From assembly GCA_963842165.1 (NCBI GenBank), contig CAWJFK010000025.1:125681-189680 (forward strand): a DNA stretch of 64,000 nucleotides, written 5' to 3'. The notes below the pieces were generated by a model. That model searched no databases and was not told the origin of the DNA. It worked only from the letters and a program-made list of their open reading frames with translations. How positions within the stretch are numbered: the first letter of the stretch is position 1; each line of letters opens with the position of its first letter. Position numbers and translations under genes: made by a program. Shown piece after piece: positions 43,301 through 53,711 of the stretch. The DNA comes from an uncultured Thermoplasmata archaeon. Its GTDB lineage: Archaea > Thermoplasmatota > Thermoplasmata > Lutacidiplasmatales > UBA184.

Positions 43301-44858
43301 TCAAGGTCGCGAGGTCGGGGGTTCCAGACTCGAGGGCCAGAGGGAGTAGAGGGCCCGGGGAGGGGGCTTCCTGCCCCGTCTTCTCACCAATGCGAACGTC
43401 ACCACCGAACCTAGGACCACGACGAGGACCACTCCAAGAATCGCCCATTCAATCGTGGTGGTTATCAGAGGAGTTTGGGAGAATGAGATACTCACATTCA
43501 CCGGAGAGCTGGAGAGGTTCAGTTCCCCTGATGAGGGTGTCGCGCGGTAACCCTGCACCGCGCCTATCTGGTACGAGTAGATCCCGGTCAGGGCCGGGAA
43601 AGTAACCACGGGGTCCGTCGTCATTTGGATGTCGCCGTCTAGCGTCACCTCCCAGGCGGTGCGCTGGGGAAGTCCGCTCTCCGAGAAGGTGACATTGCTG
43701 GGGGGATGATTTGCGAGGATCGCGAGCGTTCCATTCTGCGTGTTTGCCGCGTAGACCAGCCCGTCCTCGGGGTCGACCGCAATCCCACTGAAGGAGCCTC
43801 CCAAGGCCAAGGTCTGCGTAACCCTGTTCGTGGCGTCGGAGATCACGGTAACCCCGGAGGATCCGGTCGACGAACACTTGGTCCGTGATATTGTCGTACG
43901 CAACGCCCAAGGGCGACGAACTCACCGAGACATTTGCCACGACTTGATTGGTCGAGTCCGAGATGACAGTGACTGCTGGGTCGGGATAATCCCCGACGAA
44001 GATCTCCCCCTTCCCGGAGTCGTACGCAAGATAGACACCCGACACGGGCGACACGGTGGCGACGACCGAGTCCTGAGTGTCGGAGATTACGCTCACCCCG
44101 TTCGAGCCGGGGAGAAACACCTCTCCTTTCCCCGAGTCGTAGGCAAGTTCGCTGCCCTCCGACGTCCCGTTGATGGTGGCCACGACCGAGTTGGTCAAAT
44201 CCGAAATTACGCTCACCCCACTCGGCGTACCCGCGACGAAAAGCTCTCCACGGGCAGAGTCGAACGCGATTCCCCCCGGTCCTCCCTCTCCCCCCACGAA
44301 CAGTGAGGCGGAGACCGAGCCATTGGCACCCGACACGACATAGACCGCACCGGTTCCCCAGTCGGAGACGAGCGCCTCCCCCCGCGCGGCATCGTAGGCC
44401 ACTTCCTCGGGGTAGACTCCCACTTTCGTTGCAGAGGACACTCGGTGCGTCAGGGGGGACACGAAGCTCAGATTCCCCCCTGTGTCGCGAGCACGTCCGG
44501 GACTCGTGACGAGGACTCCCCCCGTACCGGAATCGTACGCTAGGTCCCGTGGGAGGGTTGAGGCAGTTTCGACGGAAGCTAGAAAGTTCCCGGAGATCAG
44601 CGTGTTGTTGGCGAGAACCAGGGTGGTGGCGACGTACCAAGTTCCGGGTGCGGCGGAAGCACCGTGAGGCACGGCCGTCGGAGCGACAAAGTGAGCGGCA
44701 ACTGCTTGGGAGACTGCCCCCGGGAAGATTGTTGATGCCACGAGGAGAATAACGAGCGAAACCTCCCACGGGCGGAACAGTTGAGACGGAGAGGCCGTCG
44801 TCACCAACTCGAACGAAGGTGGAGCACGCAATGAACCTTTCCGGAAAAGTTGGCCCAC
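43301..44858 (-). CDS. Secreted YVTN beta-propeller repeat surface protein with C-terminal TM anchor (frameshift near 43900)
   Basis: N-terminal signal/TM; repeated ...AYDSGKGEIFVGDYPDPAVTVISDSTNQVVANVSV... units; C-terminal ...TTIEWAILGVVLVVVLGSVVTFALVRRRGRK. Confidence 0.65.
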
Positions 44859-45050
44859 ACTTCATTCGAAGGCCGACGTTCTCCGCGGCCCCCCGGGAAG
44901 TAGGTCCCGCCACCTTCGGGTCCAACCTTGCATTGACCGAAGGAGCAAGGGTCCCCTGGTAAGAAGGTCGTTGTTCTGCGTTACATGGGAGCTTGACAAG
45001 GAACCCCTTTGCAAAGGCGGAGCCGAAGAGGGGCCTCGAAAAGAAGTTCA

Positions 45051-45133
45051 TGCCGGGGCCAGGATTTGAACCTGGGTACTCCTGCGAGAGCAGATCTTGA
45101 GTCTGCCGCCTTTGGCCGCTCGGCTACCCCGGC
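45051..45133 (-). tRNA. tRNA-Leu (anticodon CAA), class II with long variable arm
   Basis: Cloverleaf GCCGGGG-TA-GCC...GGC-G-GCAGA-CTCAAGA-TCTGC-[var arm]-CCAGG-TTCAAAT-CCTGG-CCCCGGC-A with a perfect 7-bp acceptor stem. Confidence 0.85.
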
Positions 45134-45159
45134 ACACCCCTCTGAGGAGCACCTCCGCC

Positions 45160-45570
45160 TTATGCTTCTTCCGAGCCGTCCTCGTCCACCGGCTCCTCTT
45201 CTTCGTCGCTCACTGGACCCACGAGCACCTCTTCCTCGCGCGGGGTGGACGGGTCGCCCCGTTCCGGGAGGGCGGAGCCGGGCCGTGCGGAGGTAACGAG
45301 CGTCCGTCGGGACACGCCGCAGGCGAGACAGGTCCTAACCCTCCGGTTTCCTCGGAGGCGGGTCCGCACCGTGCGCCCCTCCACCCAAAAGGCGGAGCAC
45401 CTCCGGCAATAGAGCTCGCGGTACTCCGGCGGGAGCCGGACATTGTACCGCGTTCCCACGCGTCGCGCGAGCTGTACGTACCGATCGGCGAGTCTTCCGT
45501 CGGGACGTTCCGCCTCCCGCTCCGCGAGCGCGAACAGGTCCGCGATCCGTTCGCGGGCGATCCGCACCAT
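45160..45570 (-). CDS. rnp4: RNase P protein subunit Rpp21/Rpr2 (Rnp4)
   Basis: MVRIARERIADLFALAEREAE...LADRYVQLARRVGTRYNVRLPPEYRELYCRRCSAFWVEGRTVRTRLRGNRRVRTCLACG (zinc ribbon) with an acidic C-terminal tail. Confidence 0.75.
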   Translation of the reverse strand: MVRIARERIADLFALAEREAERPDGRLADRYVQLARRVGTRYNVRLPPEYRELYCRRCSAFWVEGRTVRTRLRGNRRVRTCLACGVSRRTLVTSARPGSALPERGDPSTPREEEVLVGPVSDEEEEPVDEDGSEEA

Positions 45571-45605
45571 CGCCGAGGTCCGGCGGCCGCGCCGGCCCCC
45601 GCGTC

Positions 45606-45977
45606 TCAGGGCCCCTGTGGTTGCTGGCATACGGGACAGTAGACCGCCGGGCGAGAGATCAGCGTCCCACACCGGATGCAGTACTTTCCATTCGGCGGAG
45701 GAGGGATGGGGGTCAGGTACACCGGGGACGGTACGGGTGGCGGAGCGGAGGGGGGCATGGGAATAACGTTCCCGGGGGCCGCGACGGTCGGGCCCGGACT
45801 GTAGAGGGGTGGCGGTGATGGAGGAGACGAACCTGGGGGACCCACGGACGCGGAGGGTGGCGGGCGCGGCATGACCGGACCCGTCGCTACATCGCCCTGG
45901 GGCAGAGTGAACCCGCACTTCGGACAGAAGAGAGCCCCGTCCGGTGCGAGCTGGCCGCAGTGGAGACAGAACGGCAC
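45606..45977 (-). CDS. Double zinc-ribbon, proline-rich small protein
   Basis: MPFCLHCGQLAPDGALFCPKCGF... followed by a PPPSASVGPPGSSPPSPPP linker and then CIRCGTLISRPAVYCPVCQQPQGP. Confidence 0.5.
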   Translation of the reverse strand: MPFCLHCGQLAPDGALFCPKCGFTLPQGDVATGPVMPRPPPSASVGPPGSSPPSPPPLYSPGPTVAAPGNVIPMPPSAPPPVPSPVYLTPIPPPPNGKYCIRCGTLISRPAVYCPVCQQPQGP

Positions 45978-46021
45978 GTCGTGAGGAAGGTATATGCGAT
46001 ATTTGACCGTCAGGGCTCGCG

Positions 46022-46825
46022 GTGAGACATCGGTCGGTAGCGCTCGTCACGCGGGACGCGGCTCTCTACGCGGAGCTCGCGGGTCTTCTGCGGGAGCGAC
46101 GCTGGCCGGCGGTAAGCCTTCTTCCCGGTCAGCGGATTCCGGAAAGTGTCGCGGTCGTCCTCACGTCTGCCTCGGAGGCGGACCTCATTCGCCATGACCG
46201 CGTTCTGACCGTTACCCCGGACGGCGACCACCGGGCGCTCGGGGCTGCGGTCGAGCACGCGCTCGAATCCGGCAACCTAAAGGGCGAGGTCATCGTCGGG
46301 ATCGACCCCGGTCCCCGACCGGGCTATGCGGTCTGGGTGGGTACGTCCTGCATCGGCCAAGGGATCCTCGAGTCCCCCGAGTCGGTCGGGCTGTTCGCGA
46401 GCCAGATCCACCACCGGTTCCCTTCCCGTCACGTCCTTTTCCGGGTGGGGGCGGGCGACCCGCCCGACCGGAATCGCATCGTGAACAAGCTCCTCGCACA
46501 CCACCGATCCATCGAAGTCGTCAACGAGCACCGTACGACCCCCCGCGGGCACCGCCGCCCACGGGATGCGGCGGCGGCCCGCTCGATCGCCCAGATCCGA
46601 GGCGATGCGATCCGGGAACGGATCCCCTTCACGTTCACTGCCGGCGAGATCTCGAACCTCCAGCGGCTCAGCCGCGAGCACAGTGGGGGTCGCTTCACCA
46701 TCTCGCGCTCCTCGGCGGTCCGGGTGCTCCGCGGCGAGGTCTCGCTCACCGAGGCAGTCGACGCCGCGGCGCGGCGGAGCCCCGATCCGCCCTCGGCCCA
46801 CGGCGGCGCGCCGGAACCCCTTTAA
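46022..46825 (+). CDS. Hypothetical RNase H-like (RuvC/YqgF-like, possibly DUF460) protein
   Basis: ...GEVIVGIDPGPRPGYAVWVG... resembles resolvase-like GIDPG motif. Intact 267 aa. Confidence 0.35.
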   Translation: MRHRSVALVTRDAALYAELAGLLRERRWPAVSLLPGQRIPESVAVVLTSASEADLIRHDRVLTVTPDGDHRALGAAVEHALESGNLKGEVIVGIDPGPRPGYAVWVGTSCIGQGILESPESVGLFASQIHHRFPSRHVLFRVGAGDPPDRNRIVNKLLAHHRSIEVVNEHRTTPRGHRRPRDAAAARSIAQIRGDAIRERIPFTFTAGEISNLQRLSREHSGGRFTISRSSAVRVLRGEVSLTEAVDAAARRSPDPPSAHGGAPEPL

Positions 46826-46848
46826 TCCCGACGCCGCTCCTCGCGCCC

Positions 46849-48576
46849 GTGACGGTGGCCCCCGAGGTCCGCACCCGAGCTCTCCGGCTGGCGCTCGAGA
46901 ATGCGGTCACCCATGCCGGGGCAGCGCGGGTCGACCCCATCGTGGGCCGCCTCCTGGCGACCGACCCGGCTCTTCGCCCGCACGCGGTCGAAGTGCGTGA
47001 CCTCGTTTCGGAGGTGGTCGCCGAGGTGCTCTCGATCCCCGGCCCGGAACTGGTCGACCGACTCGCCCGCTTGGGCGGGCCCGAGACGGCCCGGGCCCGC
47101 GAGCCGTCGAGTACCGGAGGCGACTTCCCCGAGCTGGTCGGAGCGGTCCCCGGTCAGGTCGTCCTCCGGCTCGCGCCGTTCCCCAGCGGGGCCCTCCACA
47201 TCGGGCACGCCCGCATGATCTTCATCAACCAGTACTACCGGGAAAAGTACGGCGGCAAGATCCTCTTGGTCTTCGACGACACGGTCGGTTCCGAGGAAAA
47301 GCGAGTCGAGACCGAGTTCTTCGGCCTGATCGAGGACGACCTCCGGGCCGCCGGCGTGCGGCCCGACGTGGTCTACTACAAGTCCGACCGAATCCCGAAC
47401 TTCTACCCGTGGGCGCGACGGGTCATCGACAAGGGAGGCGCGTACGTCTGCACCTGCCCCGCCGAGCTGCTCCGCGAGAATCGGGCGGGCGGCCGCGCCT
47501 GCCTCCACCGGAGTCAGACCATTGAGGAGACGGTCGAGGAGTGGGAGAAGATGCTGGCCAACGCCTACGGCCCGGGCGAGGCGGTGCTGCGTCTGCGGAC
47601 CGACCTCAACGACCCTGACCCGGCGTTCCGCGACCGCGTCCTCCTGCGGATCAGCGACATCGACCACCCTCGGGTCGGCACGAAGTATCGCCTCTGGCCG
47701 ATGCTCGAGTTTTCGTGGGCGGTCGATGATATCGAGCTCGGCATCACCCACGTGATGCGCGGGAAGGACCTCGTGATCGAAGACCGGATGCAGCGGTACA
47801 TCTGGGACCTCCTCGGCATCTCGGGTCCGCCGTTCCTTCACTGGGGGATCCTTCGGGTCCGCGAGGCCAAGGTCGCCAAGAGCAAGGCCTACCGCGAGGT
47901 CAAGTCGGGTCTGTACGACGGTTGGGCCGACCCCCGAACGTGGTCCCTCCGCTCGCTCGATCGTCGGGGGATCTCGATGGACGCGATCCGGGCCTTCACG
48001 CTCTCGTTCGGAATGTCCCTCTCGGATGTGGAGGTCCCGGCCGAGACGCTCTACTCCGAGAATCGAAAGCGGATCGATGCCACGACCCCGCGCCGTGCGT
48101 TCGTAGCCGATCCGGTGCGGGTCGACGTGGACGAGTTCCCCGACGGGCTCTCCTCGGTCACGCTCTCCAACCACCCGGCCGCCGAGCTCGGTTCGCGGAC
48201 GGTGCCGACGGGGCCTTCGTTCTTCCTGGCCCGCAAGGACCTGGAAGCCCGCGCCGGGACCGAAGTTCGCCTCAAGGACCTCCTCAACATCGAACTTCCG
48301 ACGACGCCGCTTTCTCCCGCCGGGAACTTGCGGGCCCGGTTCACGAGCCGGGAGAACAAGCGGATCCCCCGGCTCCAATGGGTGGGCGCGATGGGAGCCC
48401 TCGCGGTCGATGTCCTCGGGATCGAGGGGGAGCACACGTCGGGTCTCGGTGAGGCGACGCTCGCCGAGGCCCGCCCGAGCGAGATCTTCCAGTTCGAGCG
48501 GGTGGGCTTCGTCCGGGTCGAGCGCGATTGGGCGCCCGGCGCAGGCCCCCTGCGGGTCGTCTTCGGCCACCCGTGA
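46849..48576 (+). CDS. gltX: Glutamyl-tRNA synthetase, archaeal/eukaryal type
   Basis: Intact 575 aa: ...LRLAPFPSGALHIGHARMIFIN... (HIGH) and ...LWPMLEFSWAVDD...VAKSKAY (KMSKS-like). Confidence 0.85.
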   Translation: MTVAPEVRTRALRLALENAVTHAGAARVDPIVGRLLATDPALRPHAVEVRDLVSEVVAEVLSIPGPELVDRLARLGGPETARAREPSSTGGDFPELVGAVPGQVVLRLAPFPSGALHIGHARMIFINQYYREKYGGKILLVFDDTVGSEEKRVETEFFGLIEDDLRAAGVRPDVVYYKSDRIPNFYPWARRVIDKGGAYVCTCPAELLRENRAGGRACLHRSQTIEETVEEWEKMLANAYGPGEAVLRLRTDLNDPDPAFRDRVLLRISDIDHPRVGTKYRLWPMLEFSWAVDDIELGITHVMRGKDLVIEDRMQRYIWDLLGISGPPFLHWGILRVREAKVAKSKAYREVKSGLYDGWADPRTWSLRSLDRRGISMDAIRAFTLSFGMSLSDVEVPAETLYSENRKRIDATTPRRAFVADPVRVDVDEFPDGLSSVTLSNHPAAELGSRTVPTGPSFFLARKDLEARAGTEVRLKDLLNIELPTTPLSPAGNLRARFTSRENKRIPRLQWVGAMGALAVDVLGIEGEHTSGLGEATLAEARPSEIFQFERVGFVRVERDWAPGAGPLRVVFGHP

Positions 48577-48626
48577 GTCCGAAGCGAACCTTTAGGTGCG
48601 CCGGGTCGAATCCGGGGACGGTCGCA

Positions 48627-49014
48627 TGAAGTTGCTTCACACTTCGATCACCGTGCGCTCGATGGACGAGAGCCTCCGCTTCTACACCGAGGTCCTCGGC
48701 CTCGAGTGAACCGGCGTCGGACGATCCCGGAGAACAAGGCCGAGATCGCCTTCGTGAAGGACCGGGTCTCGGGGGGCCGGATCGAGCTCACGCACTGGGA
48801 CGGGAAGGACACGTTCGAAGCGGGGGAGCAGCTCGACCACCTCGCGTTCGAGGTCGAGGACCTCGACCGATTCCTGATGCGCGTCCGCACGAAGGGGATC
48901 CGGATCGCGAAGGAACCCTACCAGATCTCCGGTGGGTCGACCCGTCTGGCCTTCATCCTCGACCCGAACGACGTCTGGATCGAGCTGATCGAACGGGCGA
49001 AGGCGCCCGGCTGA
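48627..49014 (+). CDS. VOC/glyoxalase family protein (frameshift near 48705)
   Basis: MKLLHTSITVRSMDESLRFYTEVLGLE then ...AFVKDRVSGGRIELTHWDGKDTFEAGEQLDHLAFEVEDLDRFL.... Confidence 0.6.
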
Positions 49015-49024
49015 TCCCCGAACC

Positions 49025-50278
49025 GTGCTCCCCCCAGCAGCTCCGTCGGCGCCGGACCAGCGACGGCGGCCGCTGCTCGCGGTCCTGGTCGCGACGTTCT
49101 TCGTTCGACTCGGCTTCGGTCTGACGCTCGCGGTCTTTGCGAGCTACATCCTCGGACGGTCGACCGGGCTCACCGGAAGCAACGTGGGCGCCGCCGGTCT
49201 CATCAGCGCGATGGCACCGGTGGGGGAGTTCTCGACTGTCCTCCTGTCCGGGGCGCTCGCGGACCGGTACGGTCGCTGGCCGGTACTCTTCTCGGGGATG
49301 GCGGCGGCAGCGGTCCTTTTCGCCGTGGCCGCGACGACCCGCGACCGGTACACGCTCGGGGCGATCAACCTCGTCTTCGGGGTCGCGAGCGGGGCGATCC
49401 TGGCCGCCAGCCTCGCCGTGGTCGGCGACCGGGCGGACGAGGCGCCACGGGGGTACGAGATGGGACGTTTCGACGCGATGAACCTGTTCGGTTGGGTCGG
49501 CGGGTTCGCGCTCGGGTTCGGTCTGCTCGGAGCCCTGCCCAACGATCGTCTGGACCTGGTCTTCGCGGGCGGGGCCGTGGCCCTGGCTGGGGGCCTCGGA
49601 GTGACGGCGTGGCTCTTGCGCGGCGCGCCGACCTACCACGGTACCCCGAGCGTACTCCTTCCGGAGCGTGATCCAGAACGTCTTCCGTCGGAGCGTCCTC
49701 CTCGTCACGCTCCCTTGGCTCGTCATCTACATGCTGATCGGGACCGCCCTCGTCTTTCTCGGCACGGCCGCGGAAGGGATCGGGATCTCCACCGACGTCG
49801 CTCGCGCTCGTCATTGGAGGGGGAGGAGCGATCCTGGTGGTCACCCAGCCGTACTACGGCGGGCTCGCGGACCGGCTCGGCCGCAACCGACTGCTCACCG
49901 TGGGGGCGACCGGGTTCGTGGGCGCGATGGGGGCCGCGTCCCTCCTGCTCGCCTACGGGGTCACGTACCCGATCCTGGGCGCGCTGGGACTGAGCGTGAT
50001 CCTCGCGCTCGCCTACGGACCGGCGGCGCTGGCGGCTCTGGCGGACCTGACGCTCGAGATCGAGCCGGGCGACGACGATGGCGATCTACTCGCTGACGAT
50101 CTCGCTCGGGATGCTGGTCGGTCTGATCGCATCGACCGGCTTGTACTCCCGCTACGGCAACGAGGGGATCTACGTCTTCTTCGGGCTGGTCTCGGCCGGA
50201 CTCATCCTCCTCACGGTCGCCCGCGTTCGGGAAACGGCGAAGGCCCCGCCGGCGTCGACTACGACTCCGGCTCAATGA
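49025..50278 (+). CDS. MFS transporter (multiple frameshifts)
   Basis: TM-rich pieces in ORFs 49025..49993, 49668..50096, 49837.. and 50078..50278, including ...LSGALADRYGRWPVLF.... Confidence 0.6.
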
Positions 50279-51144
50279 CCACGTGGTGGACGGTGGGCCG
50301 GGCCTGCCCGGATCGCCGCCGTGACCTGGTCGATCGTCTGCTCGATCTGGTCGGTCGTGAGACCGTCCTGGAAGTTGATCCGGAGCGCGAGGAGGGCGTC
50401 CTCGGGGCCGAGGAGCATCGAATGCACGTCCCGGACCTTCGACACGCGCGGGTCCCGTTCGACGATCGAGAGGATGGCGCGCGTGTCGGCCGGCTGGAGC
50501 GCGCGCCCGACTGGGTACTCGCGGCTCTCCGCGCTGAGCACGACACCGGCGGCCACGAGGATCATTCCTTCGATGATCGCGGTGAGACCGTCCACCGCTC
50601 CGTTCCCGGTCCGGTAGACGACGAGGAGACCAATGAACGCCGCGATGGCGCCGACGATCGCGACCAGGTCCTGGTAGAAGATCGACTTCAACCCTTGGTT
50701 GGCGAACGCTAGCAGGGACGCGAGCGTTTCGCGGGAATGCCGGAGCTCACGGAGGGTCACGTAGATCCCCGCGATGCTCGCGAGGACCGTTCCTCCGAGG
50801 ACGATCAGTCCGTAACCGATGTGAGAGATCTTCTCCGGGCTCACGAGCTGCTCAAACCCGACGGTCAGCGCGAGCAGCCCCGCGACCGTGAACGTGACGA
50901 CGATCGAGACGAACGCCCAGAAGAACCGCTCCCGGCCGTGCCCGAACGGTCGGTCGTAATCGGCGGCCCGGCGGGAGAGATAGAGCCCCCAGAGGAGGAA
51001 CGCGCTGCCGACGAGGTCCGTGACCGTGTAGATCGCCTGGGAAAGGACCGCGCGGCTGCCCGAGAGGAGCGCGACGACGAGGTTGACCGCAAAGAGGGAC
51101 GCGTTCAACAGGAGGGTGGCGACGATTACGACCTGAGGACGCAT
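50272..51144 (-). CDS. Cation diffusion facilitator family transporter
   Basis: Intact 290 aa with 6 TM helices plus a C-terminal cytoplasmic domain. Confidence 0.75.
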   Translation of the reverse strand: MRPQVVIVATLLLNASLFAVNLVVALLSGSRAVLSQAIYTVTDLVGSAFLLWGLYLSRRAADYDRPFGHGRERFFWAFVSIVVTFTVAGLLALTVGFEQLVSPEKISHIGYGLIVLGGTVLASIAGIYVTLRELRHSRETLASLLAFANQGLKSIFYQDLVAIVGAIAAFIGLLVVYRTGNGAVDGLTAIIEGMILVAAGVVLSAESREYPVGRALQPADTRAILSIVERDPRVSKVRDVHSMLLGPEDALLALRINFQDGLTTDQIEQTIDQVTAAIRAGPAHRPPRGH

Positions 51145-51287
51145 CCGGTGCCCGGGTGCTCCTCCGGGGATGTACCCACCTGGCGCCGGCGGTTAATCCT
51201 TCCGGAAGTCCCCGGACGGTGGTGCGCGCGGGGGAGCGGCCGAACCATTAAATCGCACCGACCGGTGCCCGCCTCCGAGGACAGAGA

Positions 51288-52270
51288 ATGAGCGAGCCGA
51301 CGGTACGGACCCCCCTGGGCACCCCCATCGTCGGGGCATCTCCCACGTCCGGCCCACCCCCGCGTTCCACCCCCGGGCAGCGCTCTCCAAGCTCGGCCTC
51401 TCCCCGGGCAAACGGACCCGCCTCAAGCGCCTACTCTACGACTACGGGCCCGGCGGCGGCACGCTGCTGGTGCTCCCCATCGACCAGGGACTCGAGCACG
51501 GCCCGGTCGACTTCTTCGCCAACCCGGCCGCCCTCGACCCCTCCTATCAGTTCCAGCTCGCGAAGGAGGGTCGTTTCAGCGCGATCGCGCTCCACATCGG
51601 CCTCGCGGAGAAGTACTTCCACGAGTACGCGGGCGAGGTCCCGCTCATCCTCAAGCTGAACGGCAAGACCAGCATCCCCTCCGACGCCCAGTCGTTCAGC
51701 TCGCTGACGGGGACCGTCGAGGACGCCGTCCGCCTCGGTGCCGACGCGGTCGGCTACACGGTCTACGTCGGCTCGCCGGCCCAGGACCGGGACTTCCTCC
51801 AGTTCACCCAGGTCCGCGCTGAGGCCGATCGGTTCGGCGTGCCGGTGATCGTCTGGGCGTACCCGCGAGGTGAGGCGGTCGCGAAGAAGGGCGGGAAGGA
51901 GAGCCTCTACGCGATCGACTACGCCGCGCGCGTCGCGCTCGAACTCGGCGCCGACATCGTGAAGATCAACTACCCGGTCCCGTCGGAGAAGGACAAAGAC
52001 AGTCCCCCGCCCTACAACACGCTCCAGCTCTCCCCCTTCGAGATGTTCCGCAAGGTCGTCGAGAGCGCGGGCCGCAGCCTCGTCCTCGTCTCGGGCGGCG
52101 AGAAGGTCGGGGACAGCGAACTCCTGGACAAGGTCCGCTCCTCGATCGACGCCGGGGCGACCGGGATCATCTTCGGCCGGAACCTCTGGCAGCGACCGAA
52201 GGCCGAGGCCCTCCACCTGACCCGGGATTTGCATGCGATCTTCCGAGAGTACGCCGAGCCCCTCGCCTAG
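51288..52270 (+). CDS. fba: Class I fructose-bisphosphate aldolase (archaeal DhnA/FbaB type), N-terminal frameshift
   Basis: ...KRTRLKRLLYDYGPGGGTLLVLPIDQGLEHGP...ILKLNGKTS...IVKINYP... Confidence 0.75.
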
Positions 52271-52805
52271 ACCCGCGATCCGCTCCTCCTCCTCCTCGCC
52301 GGGGAGGATCACCCGAAGGCGTGCACCGGCCGTCGCCTCCTCCACCGGGGACTCGCCCGTCCGGTGCGACGCATCGCGAGCGTGCGTCCACCGCCGATCG
52401 GTACTCGACCCGCATGCGGCCGACCCGTTGTCCGCGGCCGACCGCGCGCTCGCCCGGCGAGGCGGGGTCCTGGCGGTCGACTGTTCGTGGAACCGCCTGG
52501 CGAGCCGCGGGCGGCTGCCCGGGCTCGCGGTCGATGACGGGGGCATTCACCGGCGCTTGCCGATCCTGGTCGCGGGCAACCCCCAGCACTTTGGCGCGGA
52601 TCGCCGAGCTGAACACGGTCGAGGCGCTCGAGCGCGGCGCTGTACGTCCTCGGGCAGCGGACGGAGGCGGCCCGTCTTCTCGAAGGCTTCCGCGGGGGCC
52701 ATGGGTTTCTCACGATCAACCGCGAGCGGCTCGACTTGTACGCGAGCCGTCGCACCCCGAGGCCGTGCGCGATCGCCGAGCGCAAGCTGTACGGTGGCGA
52801 GTAGC
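52233..52805 (+). CDS. tsr3: Tsr3-like 16S rRNA aminocarboxypropyltransferase (DUF367), frameshifted, start unclear
   Basis: ...LLLLLAGEDHPKACTGRRLLHRGLARPV...RRSVLDPHAADPLSAADRALARRGGVLAVDCSWNRLA...RRLPILVAGNPQHFG...LNTVEALAAALYVLGQ...FLTINRERLDLYA.... Confidence 0.6.
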
Positions 52806-53711
52806 GCGCCGGGTCGACCGACGGGTTCGTACGTCTGCCCTTCGGTCGCGAGGTGCTCGATGAGCAGGTCGCGGTCGATTCGACCGGCGCCAGCGAACAG
52901 CGGACCAGGATGACGCCCCCGAATCGCTCGTGCACCCGGGTCGTGTGCAGCGTGAGGCAGCGACCGTCGTAGAGCGGCCGCCCGGTGAGGTCCGGGTCGT
53001 GCCCCCGAAGGAAGACGCGGATACCGGTGGCGCGGAAGAGGCGCTCCAGGTCGCGCCCGCCCCAGGTCGGGACGCCCGACCGCCGGAACCGCGACGGATC
53101 GCACACCGACCACACGATCTCGCTCGAGCCGTTCCTCGTCGATCTTCTCGAACGCGCGGCCCCAGCTCCTCGGACGAACCGACGAGCGGGAATCCCGCGT
53201 GCGCGAGGTAGACCCCGTCGGGTAGGACCGCGGCGAGGGGGCCGCGCTCGAGTAGCGCCTCGATCCGGGTGCACCGGGTCGATTCCGGTCCCCACAGCGC
53301 ATCCACCTCCTCGGGGAGGTCGTGCGGGACGACCGGAATCCGACGCGTCGTCTCGTGGTTTCCCTGGATCAGATAGACCCGGTCCGGGAGATCGGGCTGC
53401 GAGCGACAGGAGATGCAGGGCCGAAGCGACCGAACCCTGCCCGCAGTCGGGGGAGACCGGTCAACATAGTCTCCCAGCCCCACCAGGAGGCGAGGCACTC
53501 CGCCCGCGGAGAACCGGCGCTCTACCTCGAGAGCCGACCGCCAGTCGCCGTGCGTGTCTCCGAACACGATCGCCTCCCGTAGGGAGGTCGTGGCGATCCG
53601 AACGAAGGGCGGATGCACCGGAACGGTCCGCTCGAGCCGGTCCAGCAAGGCGTCCGCGCCCGACTCGTCCAGGTGGAGGATCTGTTCCGGGCTCAGCACG
53701 TCTTCCGGCAT
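52716..53711 (-). CDS. Calcineurin-like metallophosphoesterase (frameshifted, 3' end approximate)
   Basis: ...VFGDTHGDWRSALEV...LLVGLGDYVDRS...LIQGNHETT... Confidence 0.65.
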   Translation of the reverse strand: MPEDVLSPEQILHLDESGADALLDRLERTVPVHPPFVRIATTSLREAIVFGDTHGDWRSALEVERRFSAGGVPRLLVGLGDYVDRSPPTAGRVRSLRPCISCRSQPDLPDRVYLIQGNHETTRRIPVVPHDLPEEVDALWGPESTRCTRIEALLERGPLAAVLPDGVYLAHAGFPLVGSSEELGPRVREDRRGTARARSCGRCAIRRGSGGRASRPGAGATWSASSAPPVSASSFGGTTRTSPGGRSTTVAASRCTRPGCTSDSGASSWSAVRWRRSNRPRPAHRAPRDRRADVRTRRSTRRATRHRTACARRSRTASGCDGSRTSRAARG

